A DNA stretch of 64,000 nucleotides, taken from Nitrosopumilus sp. (GTDB taxonomy: Archaea > Thermoproteota > Nitrososphaeria > Nitrososphaerales > Nitrosopumilaceae). Made by a program: the position numbers and the translations under genes. A model generated the notes under the pieces. That model did no database searches. It saw only the letters and a program-made list of their open reading frames with translations, and was not told the origin of the DNA. The stretch is taken from NCBI GenBank assembly GCA_965203315.1, contig CBDBCE010000004.1, positions 103,366 through 167,365 on the forward strand, in the 5' to 3' direction. Shown here piece by piece: positions 1-9,797 of this stretch. Each line of letters starts with the position of its first letter. Position 1 is the first letter of the stretch.

Positions 1-1080
1 AGCAATACTGCATATTATCGATGTCTTGTCTTTTGGTGGCATTGAGCTTACTCGATCCTTGATATCTCTGTATCTCTGGGTAGCATTGTCGTACACTATC
101 CCTGCCACCAATCTATTCATCGCTTCACTCTCTGGGATCCATTCTACCAAATCTACCAGGGGACCGAGTCTTGAATCTATACTTTTTATTGTACGCTTGG
201 ATTCAGATCGAACATTCTTGATATATTGCACAAGCTCTAGTCCATATCTATCTTCAACGCGTCTTACGAAAGCCTTTATCGTCATATCGAGCTCTCGTTT
301 TATCTGTTGAGATAATCGACGTTCTTCGTCCAACTCTGACGACATGAGAATAGTTAAGAGATATTCGAACGCACGTCCATTTCCAGTTATGCCCACATTT
401 GTGAGCGTTGCTGCAGGTAATAGACCTCGAAGGATATCGAGTGCTTTTGCTCTAGTTGATCCATTGTAGATTCGTACTGCAGACTCGACATCGTCACCAG
501 CAAGTCTAGAGAATGACTCTTCAAGTTTGGTACTAGAATCCACAAACTTGTACATCTCGATAGGATATCGTTCTCGTATGTACTCGATCATGGGTTTGAT
601 ATTTTTTGAATATGTCTCAAATGACTCGTTACATGTATCTTCGTACATGTCTGCAAATTTTGATTCCATTATTACTGGATCACGATAGAATCTATACTTG
701 CCATGTACCTTCTTGTCTAGTTTGACATATCTGGAAGACTTTTCTAAAAAAGATAGACCGATACGACGATCTTGTATCTTCTTTACTGCAATGTTTGATA
801 GACCTTCTATTGCTATCTGTGCTTCACCCAACTCTGCTACAGAGTCATCTCCGTACTCTAAGAGAACTCTATTGTAAAACACATCTCCTCTATCTCGATC
901 TCTTAAAAACTCGTCAAGAAATACACGTCTCATACTCTTGTCTGTTCTACTGTATCTGGACATGAGTGCCCCACGATCTACTTGTCTGGGGGTGATTATA
1001 GCAAAGACGTTACGATCTGTATTGGAAAAGTGTTTTGAGAGTATCTCTTTTTCATCTGCTGTAAACTCTGGCAATAACAC
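1..1080 (-). CDS. thyX: flavin-dependent thymidylate synthase, long ThyX-type (5' part; gene runs off the left edge)
   Basis: The minus-strand frame is uninterrupted from a GTG at 1080 to position 1. It is absent from the ORF track because it has no in-window stop. The translation [59 protein letters not shown]... matches my recollection of the N-terminus of long ThyX proteins. This is recollection only. Confidence 0.5.
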   Translation of the reverse strand, partial: MLLPEFTADEKEILSKHFSNTDRNVFAIITPRQVDRGALMSRYSRTDKSMRRVFLDEFLRDRDRGDVFYNRVLLEYGDDSVAELGEAQIAIEGLSNIAVKKIQDRRIGLSFLEKSSRYVKLDKKVHGKYRFYRDPVIMESKFADMYEDTCNESFETYSKNIKPMIEYIRERYPIEMYKFVDSSTKLEESFSRLAGDDVESAVRIYNGSTRAKALDILRGLLPAATLTNVGITGNGRAFEYLLTILMSSELDEERRLSQQIKRELDMTIKAFVRRVEDRYGLELVQYIKNVRSESKRTIKSIDSRLGPLVDLVEWIPESEAMNRLVAGIVYDNATQRYRDIKDRVSSMPPKDKTSIICSIA

Positions 1081-1104
1081 CAGATAAGACTATTCATCAT
1101 TAAA

Positions 1105-1392
1105 CTATTTCTTTCTCTTGATCTGAATTAGATCAGGTCCCTTGTCTCTCTCATTGCCCTTTGTCTGCCATCGCAGTAATACCTCACGAAATGCAGCAGC
1201 GTCTGCCTCGTTTTCTGTGTACATTAGTGTAGTTACCCAAAACCCTTTCTTTGCGGTTCTTCCGCCAACAGAGTTCATCCAAAAGTCATCTGGAAGTCCT
1301 TGTAAGACTCTACTCTTGGGATCTTTGGTCTCATCTATCCATCGTTGACCAACAAAGTTGAGTATCTGCTCCATCTCTTCCCTCTGAATCAT
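1105..1392 (-). CDS. hypothetical protein (95 aa)
   Basis: Track ORF that ends 24 nt upstream of the thyX-like start on the same strand. Composition is protein-like. No family recognised. Confidence 0.5.
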   Translation of the reverse strand: MIQREEMEQILNFVGQRWIDETKDPKSRVLQGLPDDFWMNSVGGRTAKKGFWVTTLMYTENEADAAAFREVLLRWQTKGNERDKGPDLIQIKRKK

Positions 1393-1521
1393 AGATGTGA
1401 TGTAGAACGTCTCTAAATTTTAAAATTTCTACTCGTTATCATGGTGGTAAAAATTATCTTACCAAAACCAGAAACATTTCTTACTTTATCTTGGTTATAT
1501 GGGAGCTCGAGAGTATGATAC

Positions 1522-2340
1522 ATGACCAAAGACGATATCGATGTAATCGGTAAAAAAGTCAAAGACATGTATGGAACATTCATGGGCAAGGTTGCAGGAA
1601 CGATAACGGACATTGATGGCAGCATTCAAACTGTCGGAATCGATACAGGTTCTATGGGATTACAGCAGATCCCATTTGAGCAACTCGTAGTACAACAAGA
1701 AGTCGTTATCTTTATTCCAAAGTGGAGACTCGATTCACAACGACTCATCCACGAGAAACAACTAACACTGCGTCGTCTCAAAGCATTGCTAGAGATTGTC
1801 TCTGAGAACGATGACATAAAGTCAGACGCAGAGATCATCCATGAAAAGTACAGATCCAAACTTGCTACTTTGAATGAGACCGAGAGATCGATCAAAGATA
1901 AACTCGATGTGAGACTAGCCGAGTTAGACGAACAGATAAAGTCTGCAAAGATGTTGGTCTTTGACGCACGAGTTCAGTTCAAGAGCAACGAGATCTCTGA
2001 TACTGTATTTGAGACTGTGAGTTCTTGTACAAACGAGATCATCGAACACATAGATCACGAGATTGCTGAGATCAAAAACGTGAAACAGAGGATTGCAGAT
2101 CTCGAACTCGAGGCACAAGAATTGACACCTAGTGTAGAATCTACACAACACATCGAAACAGATCCACGACAAACTGTACTTCCAGAAGCACCCACTGAGG
2201 CAGAGACACTCGCAATGAGTGAATCAAAGATACCTGAGCCACCTACAGAATATGCTATACCGTTTCCTGAACCACCAAAACAGGAAGTAGCAAAGAATGA
2301 TGGCAGCAGTGATTGGCTTAAAAGAATGGAAGCACAATAA
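1522..2340 (+). CDS. cdvA: cell division protein CdvA
   Basis: The N-terminal PRC-barrel-like segment IGKKVKDMYGTFMGKVAGTITDIDGSIQTVGIDTG...IFIPKWRLDS is followed by a long coiled coil and a P/E-rich tail. By eye it parallels Sulfolobus CdvA ([25 protein letters not shown]...ILPDWKAES). Confidence 0.85.
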   Translation: MTKDDIDVIGKKVKDMYGTFMGKVAGTITDIDGSIQTVGIDTGSMGLQQIPFEQLVVQQEVVIFIPKWRLDSQRLIHEKQLTLRRLKALLEIVSENDDIKSDAEIIHEKYRSKLATLNETERSIKDKLDVRLAELDEQIKSAKMLVFDARVQFKSNEISDTVFETVSSCTNEIIEHIDHEIAEIKNVKQRIADLELEAQELTPSVESTQHIETDPRQTVLPEAPTEAETLAMSESKIPEPPTEYAIPFPEPPKQEVAKNDGSSDWLKRMEAQ

Positions 2341-2384
2341 TCTTTTTTTTAACATTTAGATAGTATTGTTGAACATTCTTCCTA

Positions 2385-4295
2385 ATGTCTGATGGTTATC
2401 TAATTGGATTAGGAAACAACGATACAGATACACGCAGACGGGCAGATAAAGATTACATATCTTTTTGGAATAGAGAGGCAAAAGGGATTCGATGGTTTAA
2501 AGATTGGGACAAGACACTTGATTGGCAACTTCCATTTGCAAGATGGTTTGTTGGCGGAACCACAAATGCAGCATACAACACACTTGATATTCATCAGAGT
2601 ACAATACCTGACAAACCCGCTATCATATGGGAGACCGAAGGTGGACAGTCTCGCATACTATTGTATTCTGAGTTGTTTACACGGGTCAAACGATTTGCAA
2701 ATGTGCTTAAATCATTGGGAGTGACTAGAGGAGATCGTGTAACGATCTATATGCCGATGGTACCAGAGCTTGCAATTGCAATGTTGGCATGTGCAAGAAT
2801 AGGTGCAGTTCATACGGTCATATTCTCTGGATTTAGTGCTACATCTATAAGAGATAGAGTTCATGACTCTGGTTCTGAGATCATCATCACATCTGACGGT
2901 GGATACCGCAGAGGCAAGATAGTAAATCTCAAAGATACAGTTGATACGGCGATCAAAGACTTGGACTCGGTTAGATGTGTAGTGGTACTAGAGTATACTG
3001 GAACGCCAATTACCATGACTCTGCGAGATAAACTCTGGTCAGAACTAGAGTCTGACGTGTCGGATATCTGCCCTGCTGAAGAACTAGATAGCAACCATCC
3101 ATTGTTCTTGTTGTATACATCAGGAACTACAGGCAAACCAAAAGGTGTACTACACGGAACTGGAGGATATCTTGTACATCTATGCTCTACAATGCATTGG
3201 ACATTTGATATCCAAGACTCTGATATCTTTTTCTGTACAGCTGATCTTGGATGGGTTGCAGGGCACAGCTATATACTTTATGCTCCGTTATTATGTGGCG
3301 GAACCACACTGATGTATGAAGGTGCACCCGACTTTCCAGACGAGAAGAGAATTTGGGAGATACTAGAGAGACACAGAGTTACAATCTTTTACACTACGCC
3401 AACAACACTACGAATGTTTATGAAGTTTGGTGATGATATCCCGAGATCCTTTAATCTCGACTCGTTGCGTCTACTAGGAACAGTTGGTGAACACATCAAT
3501 CCTGAGGTCTGGAGATGGTACTATGATGTTGTGGGTAAAAATCGATGTCCTATAGTCGATACATGGTGGCAGACAGAAACAGGTGGTATAATTATATCAC
3601 CACTACCGGGTCTGGAGACAATTCCACTAAAGCCTGGATCTGGTACATTGCCGATTCCTGGCATAGATGTCGATATAGTCGATGATGACGGAAGACAAGT
3701 TCCTCCTAACACAAAAGGCTCACTAGTTATAAAAAATCCATGGCCAGGCATGCTCTTGACACTATGGAATGATGACCAAAAGTATCGCGATGTATACTGG
3801 ACTAAATATGAAGACTGTTACTATCCTGGTGACTATGCACTACGGGACGATGATGGATACTTGTGGTTGCTTGGACGCTCAGATGACGTGCTCAAAGTTG
3901 CAGGTCACCGTATAGGTACAGCAGAGATTGAAAGTTGTCTGGTGTCCAATGATGCTGTTGCAGAAGCAGCAGTATGTGGTATATCTGATGAGATCAAAGG
4001 TGAAGCAATAATTGCATTTGTGGTCCTAAAACATGGTATATCTAAAACTACTGCACTAGAGTCAGAACTAGCTACAGATGTTCGTACCGCTGTAGGTGCG
4101 ATTGCAACTCTAAAACAGATCTACTTTGTAGACACTCTTCCAAAGACGCGTAGTGGAAAGATCATGAGAAGACTACTAAAAGCAATTGCTAGTGGTGAAA
4201 CGATTGGTGATACAAGTACACTTGAGGATGGTATGGCAATAGATGAGGTCCAAAAGGTCTTTGATAATATGAAACAATCACTTGGACAATGCTGA
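2385..4295 (+). CDS. acs: acetyl-CoA synthetase (AMP-forming)
   Basis: 636 aa. Carries the AMP-binding signature LLYTSGTTGKPKGVLHGTGGY, WWQTETGG, and the C-terminal LPKTRSGKIMRRLL. Confidence 0.9.
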   Translation: MSDGYLIGLGNNDTDTRRRADKDYISFWNREAKGIRWFKDWDKTLDWQLPFARWFVGGTTNAAYNTLDIHQSTIPDKPAIIWETEGGQSRILLYSELFTRVKRFANVLKSLGVTRGDRVTIYMPMVPELAIAMLACARIGAVHTVIFSGFSATSIRDRVHDSGSEIIITSDGGYRRGKIVNLKDTVDTAIKDLDSVRCVVVLEYTGTPITMTLRDKLWSELESDVSDICPAEELDSNHPLFLLYTSGTTGKPKGVLHGTGGYLVHLCSTMHWTFDIQDSDIFFCTADLGWVAGHSYILYAPLLCGGTTLMYEGAPDFPDEKRIWEILERHRVTIFYTTPTTLRMFMKFGDDIPRSFNLDSLRLLGTVGEHINPEVWRWYYDVVGKNRCPIVDTWWQTETGGIIISPLPGLETIPLKPGSGTLPIPGIDVDIVDDDGRQVPPNTKGSLVIKNPWPGMLLTLWNDDQKYRDVYWTKYEDCYYPGDYALRDDDGYLWLLGRSDDVLKVAGHRIGTAEIESCLVSNDAVAEAAVCGISDEIKGEAIIAFVVLKHGISKTTALESELATDVRTAVGAIATLKQIYFVDTLPKTRSGKIMRRLLKAIASGETIGDTSTLEDGMAIDEVQKVFDNMKQSLGQC

Positions 4296-4823
4296 ATCTC
4301 TTATCTTTCGGAGATCAACTCCACACAATACATCGAACATCTTTTGTAGGCCGTTATACTCTGATCTAGACTCTTCATCTAAATCTGCATACTCGACATC
4401 TCGTACGTGTTCTAACTCTTTACTAGACTTGTTAAAGAATATCTCATATTTTGTAATCTCGTCATCGGACATTGCTTGTAGATCAAAGATTATTGTATTA
4501 CTGCCAAGCAAATCCCCGCCTTCGTCATACAAACTAGTCGCTTCAAGTAAACCTGGAAATGTTGTTCCGTCAGATCGTTGAAATGTTATTCTACGATCTA
4601 TAACCTTGCCTGTCTCAAACCATGCTTGTAGAGATCTGTTCATGGATTCCCATGACTCTTTTGGAACGTGTTCGAATATGGTTCTTCCGAGAATCTCCGA
4701 TTTGGCATATTTGAGGTGTGCCGCATACGTCGAGTTACAGTCCAAAATTATTCCAATAGAGTTTATTCTTCGCCACATCACTGGCGCATCTTTTAATGTT
4801 CTTCTAGCTCTGGTCTGAACCAT
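4278..4823 (-). CDS. PAS domain-containing protein
   Basis: 181 aa with a single PAS-like fold (ILDCNSTYAAHLKYAKSEILGRTIFEHVP...). Convergent with acs; the 3' ends overlap by 18 nt. Confidence 0.6.
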   Translation of the reverse strand: MVQTRARRTLKDAPVMWRRINSIGIILDCNSTYAAHLKYAKSEILGRTIFEHVPKESWESMNRSLQAWFETGKVIDRRITFQRSDGTTFPGLLEATSLYDEGGDLLGSNTIIFDLQAMSDDEITKYEIFFNKSSKELEHVRDVEYADLDEESRSEYNGLQKMFDVLCGVDLRKIRDSALSK

Positions 4824-4872
4824 TACTTGGCGAATGCCGTCTAGATATATTTAGATACAGTTTACATGTCAA

Positions 4873-5007
4873 CTAGTGTTTGTCGCCTATTGGGTGTGGT
4901 TTTGTGTTCTCGTCGTGGCAATCACATGAGCATAGGTATGTCTTGTGATTGTTCAAACAATCGATACACTCGTAGTGTCTTCTAGACTCACACGCTGCAC
5001 AGATCAT
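4873..5007 (-). CDS. small Cys/His-rich ORF (44 aa), speculative
   Basis: Hand-translated: MICAACESRRHYECIDCLNNHKTYLCSCDCHDENTKPHPIGDKH. Below the track's size cut-off. Eight Cys and four His in 44 aa suggest metal binding. Confidence 0.25.
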   Translation of the reverse strand: MICAACESRRHYECIDCLNNHKTYLCSCDCHDENTKPHPIGDKH

Positions 5008-5135
5008 CGTATCTGTGTTGATCTTTTGTTATTTTTAAAAATTATGATAGATTTTCTACCGACATGATGCCAAGTTTGACTCTGATGCACCTTTGCTATC
5101 TTGTAATTACTCTTGATGAGTAGTGTTATCTTGCC

Positions 5136-5255
5136 GGATCTCTTCGATTTATGTGAAATGACGTTTCACAAGGCTTTTTTTACATAATTTTTCTCTATAG
5201 GCTAGTGCAGTGCTTTTTCTATACCCGTTCTCTCTCATGTACACCGAAAAGATCC
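5136..5255 (+). mobile_element. MITE-A copy 1 (about 120 bp, about 25 nt terminal inverted repeats)
   Basis: Starts GGATCTCTTCGATTTATGTGAAATG and ends CATGTACACCGAAAAGATCC, the inverted complement. Shares the core ...TTCACAAGG...TTTTCTCTATAGG... with the other copies. Confidence 0.8.
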
Positions 5256-5404
5256 TTATGACGATCTAACATCCTACGATTTGTGCATATTCATCGACTC
5301 AATGTATACTCTAACGCAATAGATGCAGGGAGGGCGACGATTCCAATCACAAAAATCCTATGGATATCTTTAACTGCTTTGACTTGGAATCAATCTTTGA
5401 CTCT

Positions 5405-5545
5405 AGACTATATGCGTATTATTAAGAGTGCTCATGTCCGACCATCAAACATGACCACAACGAATCAATTTGCCTCTAGAAATCACATGTGTGTTTGATT
5501 GTGTCTCAAAATATGCACAAGACATAAGAAATACGCATACAGTCT
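5405..5545 (+). mobile_element. MITE-B copy 1 (about 140 bp, TIR AGACTGTATGCGTATT)
   Basis: AGACTATATGCGTATTATTAAGAGTGCTCATG...CAATTTGCCTCTAGAAATCAC...AAGAAATACGCATACAGTCT. Near-identical copies occur at six other sites. Confidence 0.85.
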
Positions 5546-6131
5546 TCTGCATCCTTCAAACAGTTGATGTACTCGTCATATAAAAATTCATAATAGTTGT
5601 CAGGCATCTCTAACCATCCCTGAAATTCTGTCTCTTTTTTTATTTCAGCTAGTTTTTCGCCCAAGAAAGGAACTCTGTGATTCAGGACTGTTTAATCTTA
5701 TGCATGACAAAATAGTTGTTAATAGTAATACGGTACTGACTAAAATGCCTACATGCCAGTATGTGAAAACACCCTCTTGGTCTAGTGTCGGTATGGAGAA
5801 TCGAAGAAATATGGCAAGATAATTCCGGCAATTGTCATCACATTTGTTGCTTTTTTGTCAAATATTCGGATGATATGTTGTGTCGATCAAGCTGTAGTCT
5901 TAACTCCTCTAGAAATGTCTTGCCCATAGAACTAGGAGCAAGTACAAACATTGATAAGTTTAGTAATGAATATAGTATTATGGGTAAAGTAGATTTGTCT
6001 AAAATCAAACCAACAAGTGTTGGTGGTTACTTGAAGAAATCACTTAATAAAAAAGAGGAATCAGAGAAGACTGATAAAGACAACTAGATACCAAATTTCC
6101 TAGTATCGCATACTGATAACGAGTTACATGA

Positions 6132-6309
6132 GGTTCTGTTCAATTGACGGGTGTTGCCATTTTTTGCACAAAATTCTTGAAAAATTTTGCAAAATATAGA
6201 AACGACATCATGTCGGCTATCGTAAATTGCTACTGTTTTGAGTCTCATATTGGGCGTTCTTTAAGATAACGTCATCATCCTCTCAACCCCCCGTCAATTG
6301 AACAGAACC
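6132..6309. repeat. 178-bp unit bounded by perfect 20-bp inverted repeats
   Basis: GGTTCTGTTCAATTGACGGG at 6132-6151 and its exact reverse complement CCCGTCAATTGAACAGAACC at 6290-6309, enclosing 138 bp with no ORF. Confidence 0.8.
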
Positions 6310-6338
6310 CAATAAAGTTTCTGAGATTATCCTCTATT

Positions 6339-6456
6339 GATCCTTTTCGGTTTGATATTGTCCTAGCGGTTAAATTTTACTAACACTTGCGATGCCGTTA
6401 TGGAATCTTGTAGTGCTTTTTGTAACCATTCTATTCCATGTAGATCGAAGAGATCC
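6339..6456 (+). mobile_element. MITE-A copy 2 (5' half diverged)
   Basis: GATCCTTTTCGGTTTGATATTG...GTAGTGCTTTTTGTAACCATTCTATTCCATGTAGATCGAAGAGATCC. Confidence 0.7.
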
Positions 6457-6499
6457 TTTGACGATCATACAACTAAAGATACTAAACTAAACATGTACA

Positions 6500-6730
6500 A
6501 TGATCAATATGGATAGAGAACGTACTGCCGATTATCAAACAACCAGAGGGATCTTGGATATACTTGATCATGATGTAGATGATATTATGGCCAAAAAATT
6601 AGCAGAAGAGATATTGGAAAAACCACCAAATCAAGGGTACTTGACAATATCAAGCGCATTGCAGTGGAGACTTCAATATGGTAGAATCATTAACAATACA
6701 GATACAATCTCTGGAATTTGGAGGTACTAG
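6500..6730 (+). CDS. hypothetical protein (76 aa) immediately upstream of the methyltransferase
   Basis: Track ORF that overlaps the MTase start by 13 nt. No recognisable motif. Confidence 0.3.
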   Translation: MINMDRERTADYQTTRGILDILDHDVDDIMAKKLAEEILEKPPNQGYLTISSALQWRLQYGRIINNTDTISGIWRY

Positions 6731-8223
6731 AGATCGTGAAGAACATAAAAAGATGGCAGTTTGGTGACTATCAAACCCCACGAGATCTGGCAGATGAATC
6801 TCTAAAATATCTTAAAGGTGTTATTGATATTCATCCTAAAAGCATAGTTGAACCAACATGTGGTGTTGGAAATTTCTTACTATCGGCGGCGGATAATTTT
6901 ACAACTGTGGACAAACTTCTCGGTCTTGATATTAACAATGAGTACTTGACAAAACTATACACAATAGTTCATAGTAGATCTGATTCGGACAAGTTTATTC
7001 TACAAAATAGAGACTTTTTCAAGGTTGACTGGGACGTACTGCTCTGTTCACTACCTAAACCAATTCTCTTGGTTGGAAATCCTCCATGGGTTACCAACTC
7101 TGACCTTGGTAAGGTTGGTGGATTTAATCTTCCCACTAAATCAAATTTTCAAAAATATGATGGCATAGATGCGATTACTGGAAGATCAAACTTTGATATT
7201 TCTGAATATATGTTGATGAGACAGTTAGGATGGGTCACTAGATATGCAATCTGTATCACTGTCTTGTGTAAAATATCTGTAGCTAGAAAGATTCTGTACA
7301 ATGCATGGCGATCTAAAATTCCAATAAAATGCAGAATAGTTCATATCGATGCTATGAAACATTTTAGAGCAGCTGTAGATGCATGTCTGTTTATTATTCA
7401 ACCTATGTCATGTGTGGATAAGCAGATATGTAATGTGTTTGCTAATTTTACAGACAAGGCGTCAATCCAAACTATTGGACTATACAATGATATCTTGTTA
7501 TCAGACGCATCTGGTTTTCACGAAAATAGAGATATCTTAGGCGTGGATCCAAACTTTGTTTGGAGATCAGGAATAAAACATGATTGTTCTAAAGTAATGG
7601 AACTGACTATAAACGATGGAGTGTTGTTCAATGGTTTTGGCGATACCGTAGATATTGAAAGAGATCTCTTGTTCCCACTTTTAAAAGGAAGCGACATAGG
7701 AAATGGTCGTACCATAAATACCGACAAAGTAGTAATTGTACCGCAACGTCGAGTAGGTCAAGATACTAACCACATTCAACGTACATATCCCAAGACGTGG
7801 GAGTATCTTGTGAAGCATTTGAAATATTTTGAGAGTAGAGGTAGTAGTATTTATCGAAATAAACCACCCTTTTCAATATTTGGAGTTGGTGATTATACGT
7901 TTTCTAATTGGAAGGTTGCAATATCTGGATTTTACAAGAAATTGAACTTTCGTATAGTTGGGCCAATCGATCATAGCCCTGTTGTCTTTGACGATACTGT
8001 CTACTTTCTTAGTCTGAATACAGAGCTCGATGCAGAGTCTATATCTGCACTACTCAACTCGACTACATCCAAAGCTTTTCTCGAATCAATGATACTGTGG
8101 TCGAACAAACGACCAATCACTAGAGATCTGTTAAAGCGTGTACACATAGGCAAGCTTGCTACAAAACTTGGTTACTCGATCCATACATCGCACGAAAACA
8201 AACTTGTTGCAGAGATCAAATGA
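6718..8223 (+). CDS. N6-adenine DNA methyltransferase (gamma class, Eco57I/TaqI-like), solitary
   Basis: 501 aa with GDYQTPRDLA (FxTP-like motif), motif I VEPTCGVGNFLLSA and motif IV LVGNPPWV. The C-terminal 250 aa or so resemble a TaqI-type target-recognition domain (LLKGSDI..., VYFLS...). No nuclease ORF lies next to it. Confidence 0.8.
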   Translation: MEVLEIVKNIKRWQFGDYQTPRDLADESLKYLKGVIDIHPKSIVEPTCGVGNFLLSAADNFTTVDKLLGLDINNEYLTKLYTIVHSRSDSDKFILQNRDFFKVDWDVLLCSLPKPILLVGNPPWVTNSDLGKVGGFNLPTKSNFQKYDGIDAITGRSNFDISEYMLMRQLGWVTRYAICITVLCKISVARKILYNAWRSKIPIKCRIVHIDAMKHFRAAVDACLFIIQPMSCVDKQICNVFANFTDKASIQTIGLYNDILLSDASGFHENRDILGVDPNFVWRSGIKHDCSKVMELTINDGVLFNGFGDTVDIERDLLFPLLKGSDIGNGRTINTDKVVIVPQRRVGQDTNHIQRTYPKTWEYLVKHLKYFESRGSSIYRNKPPFSIFGVGDYTFSNWKVAISGFYKKLNFRIVGPIDHSPVVFDDTVYFLSLNTELDAESISALLNSTTSKAFLESMILWSNKRPITRDLLKRVHIGKLATKLGYSIHTSHENKLVAEIK

Positions 8224-8486
8224 TCACAGTTTAACAACAAATGATCTCTTTTGTCTATTCTGTATCTGCAGATTAAGACGTTTCTTGATTAGCAGATCAC
8301 TACCTTCCTAGATTAGAGTCGTAAAAAATATTCAGTATTGTAAGAAATTATGAAATAGTGAAGTTATTTCTGCACATGACCTAGTCTTTATTGGGAAAAT
8401 CTGATGAGGCGATATTTTGAGATGATCATTGTCATTGCATTACATTTGAAATTATTAAAGTTTTAATCATTACTAAATGGTAAACA

Positions 8487-9548
8487 TCACAAATCAAGTG
8501 AATCTAAAATATCGTGTATGTTATTTGGACCGACTTTTACAGACACCGTCTTTTTAGTTTCGAGTATATCTGCTATATTCTCTGATGATGTAGTGCTGCG
8601 TTTGGTTGTGGTCTTGATAACTCGATCAATATTGGCACCGATCTGTGTAGCATCCGCAGATAGATCACTCTCTGCTCCTGAAAGAGGTAACGCAAGGGTC
8701 TTTTTTGCAGATAAAACACATTTTATCGCATCATCGATATCTGTGTGTTGATGTAGTAGAGGTGACAATGCGAGAGATACTCGTTCTGATTCTTGTGATA
8801 GCAGCGTCATTAGGATCAGATTATAGTTACGGTTATCCATACAAAAGAAGTTGAGATCAATAGAATCTTGAATCATTCTGGGAATTATTCTGTTTATCAT
8901 CTTTACCAGAGTCATCAATTCAGATTTGAGTCGATAACAGATTATTATCTCTGTGTTGTATCCTTGTCTTATTGTTTCATAACATGCTATTGCAGATAGA
9001 TCATCATATACCGCACAAACAGTATCTCTTTTATCTCCAAACGGAACACCTCCGTTTCCATCATCTATATAGATACAGACATATGCACTAGTCTTTGTCA
9101 AGTATGTGTATAGTCGCTTGTCATGATCATGAATAGTTCCTGGTCGAGCTCCGAGATTTGATCTCTTTTCAATAATACTAGATGTTGCCGCCATCTCTAC
9201 ATCTTTTGTCAGGAATCCTTTAGATACTCCTTCTACTTGTACAACAAATCTTTCGCCACGTAACAACAAGTTACCGCCTAACGATGTTATTGTAGATACT
9301 ATGTCGTCAAAGTTGTTGTTGGTCTTTCTTGTAATGGCAATCTTTTGTATGCCAAACAAGAGGTTTATGGCAGACGACGCAAAGACGGGATCATTTGCGC
9401 GAACAATAATTATGTCTCCATCACGCTTTACTGTCTGAAACTTTTGATTCTTTAGTTTAAGGATCTCTTTAATGTTTGATATGAGAAGTGGAATCTTTTT
9501 CTTTGCAAACATGGTTGGAAATACTACCACATATGATGTTTCATCCAT
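8487..9548 (-). CDS. THUMP-domain, ThiI-like protein with degenerate PP-loop
   Basis: 353 aa. The N-terminal ferredoxin-like/THUMP-like pattern (IIVRANDPVFASSAINLLFGIQKIAI...GERFVVQVEG) is followed by a Rossmann-like segment. Where ThiI has SGGxDS, this protein reads AVYDDLSAIACYETIRQGY. Confidence 0.4.
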   Translation of the reverse strand: MDETSYVVVFPTMFAKKKIPLLISNIKEILKLKNQKFQTVKRDGDIIIVRANDPVFASSAINLLFGIQKIAITRKTNNNFDDIVSTITSLGGNLLLRGERFVVQVEGVSKGFLTKDVEMAATSSIIEKRSNLGARPGTIHDHDKRLYTYLTKTSAYVCIYIDDGNGGVPFGDKRDTVCAVYDDLSAIACYETIRQGYNTEIIICYRLKSELMTLVKMINRIIPRMIQDSIDLNFFCMDNRNYNLILMTLLSQESERVSLALSPLLHQHTDIDDAIKCVLSAKKTLALPLSGAESDLSADATQIGANIDRVIKTTTKRSTTSSENIADILETKKTVSVKVGPNNIHDILDSLDL

Positions 9549-9797
9549 GATACGTATAGTAAATCCCCGTTTATAACTCAGAATGGATATGTAATGTCTT
9601 GTTCACACCAGATCCATGTTTTATGTGATTTAGAACGTAATCTATCATCTCCTAGTCATCTATGGGTAAGACTATCTCGAGCGACTAGAATCACATACTA
9701 TGAGATCAAATCGGCTTGGATTATACCTAGATATCTGTTAGACGATCTTTCTATTGACACTTGTAAAACAGATTTATTCGTCATATGACATGTCTAT

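Noticed and set aside
26-310. 94-aa plus-strand ORF at the left edge
   Set aside because: It lies entirely antisense to the long uninterrupted thyX-like frame. It has a low-complexity Ser/Leu/Ile composition typical of shadow ORFs. Many other track ORFs nested antisense in long genes were rejected for the same reason, for example 1142-1348, 2409-2594, 24553-24918, 28284-28766, 34304-34738, 44589-44945 and 53941-54351.
5283-5498. ORFs reading through MITE-B copies (also 34796-35149), giving a recurring peptide MRIIKSAH...NQFASRN
   Set aside because: The recurring peptide is a by-product of the repeated DNA. The frame is broken or differently phased in other copies, the copies occur in both orientations, and the ORFs start in unrelated flanking DNA.
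5785-6087. 100-aa plus-strand ORF in the MITE nest
   Set aside because: It has an odd Cys/Ser-rich N-terminal half, no start context and no neighbours, and it lies in a region otherwise made of repeat elements. Only the last 35 codons or so look protein-like, which is insufficient.
6500-8223. The 76-aa ORF and the methyltransferase as one frameshifted gene
   Set aside because: The MTase frame already contains the N-terminal FxTP-like motif about 20 residues from its start, as in intact gamma-class enzymes. No N-terminal extension is needed.
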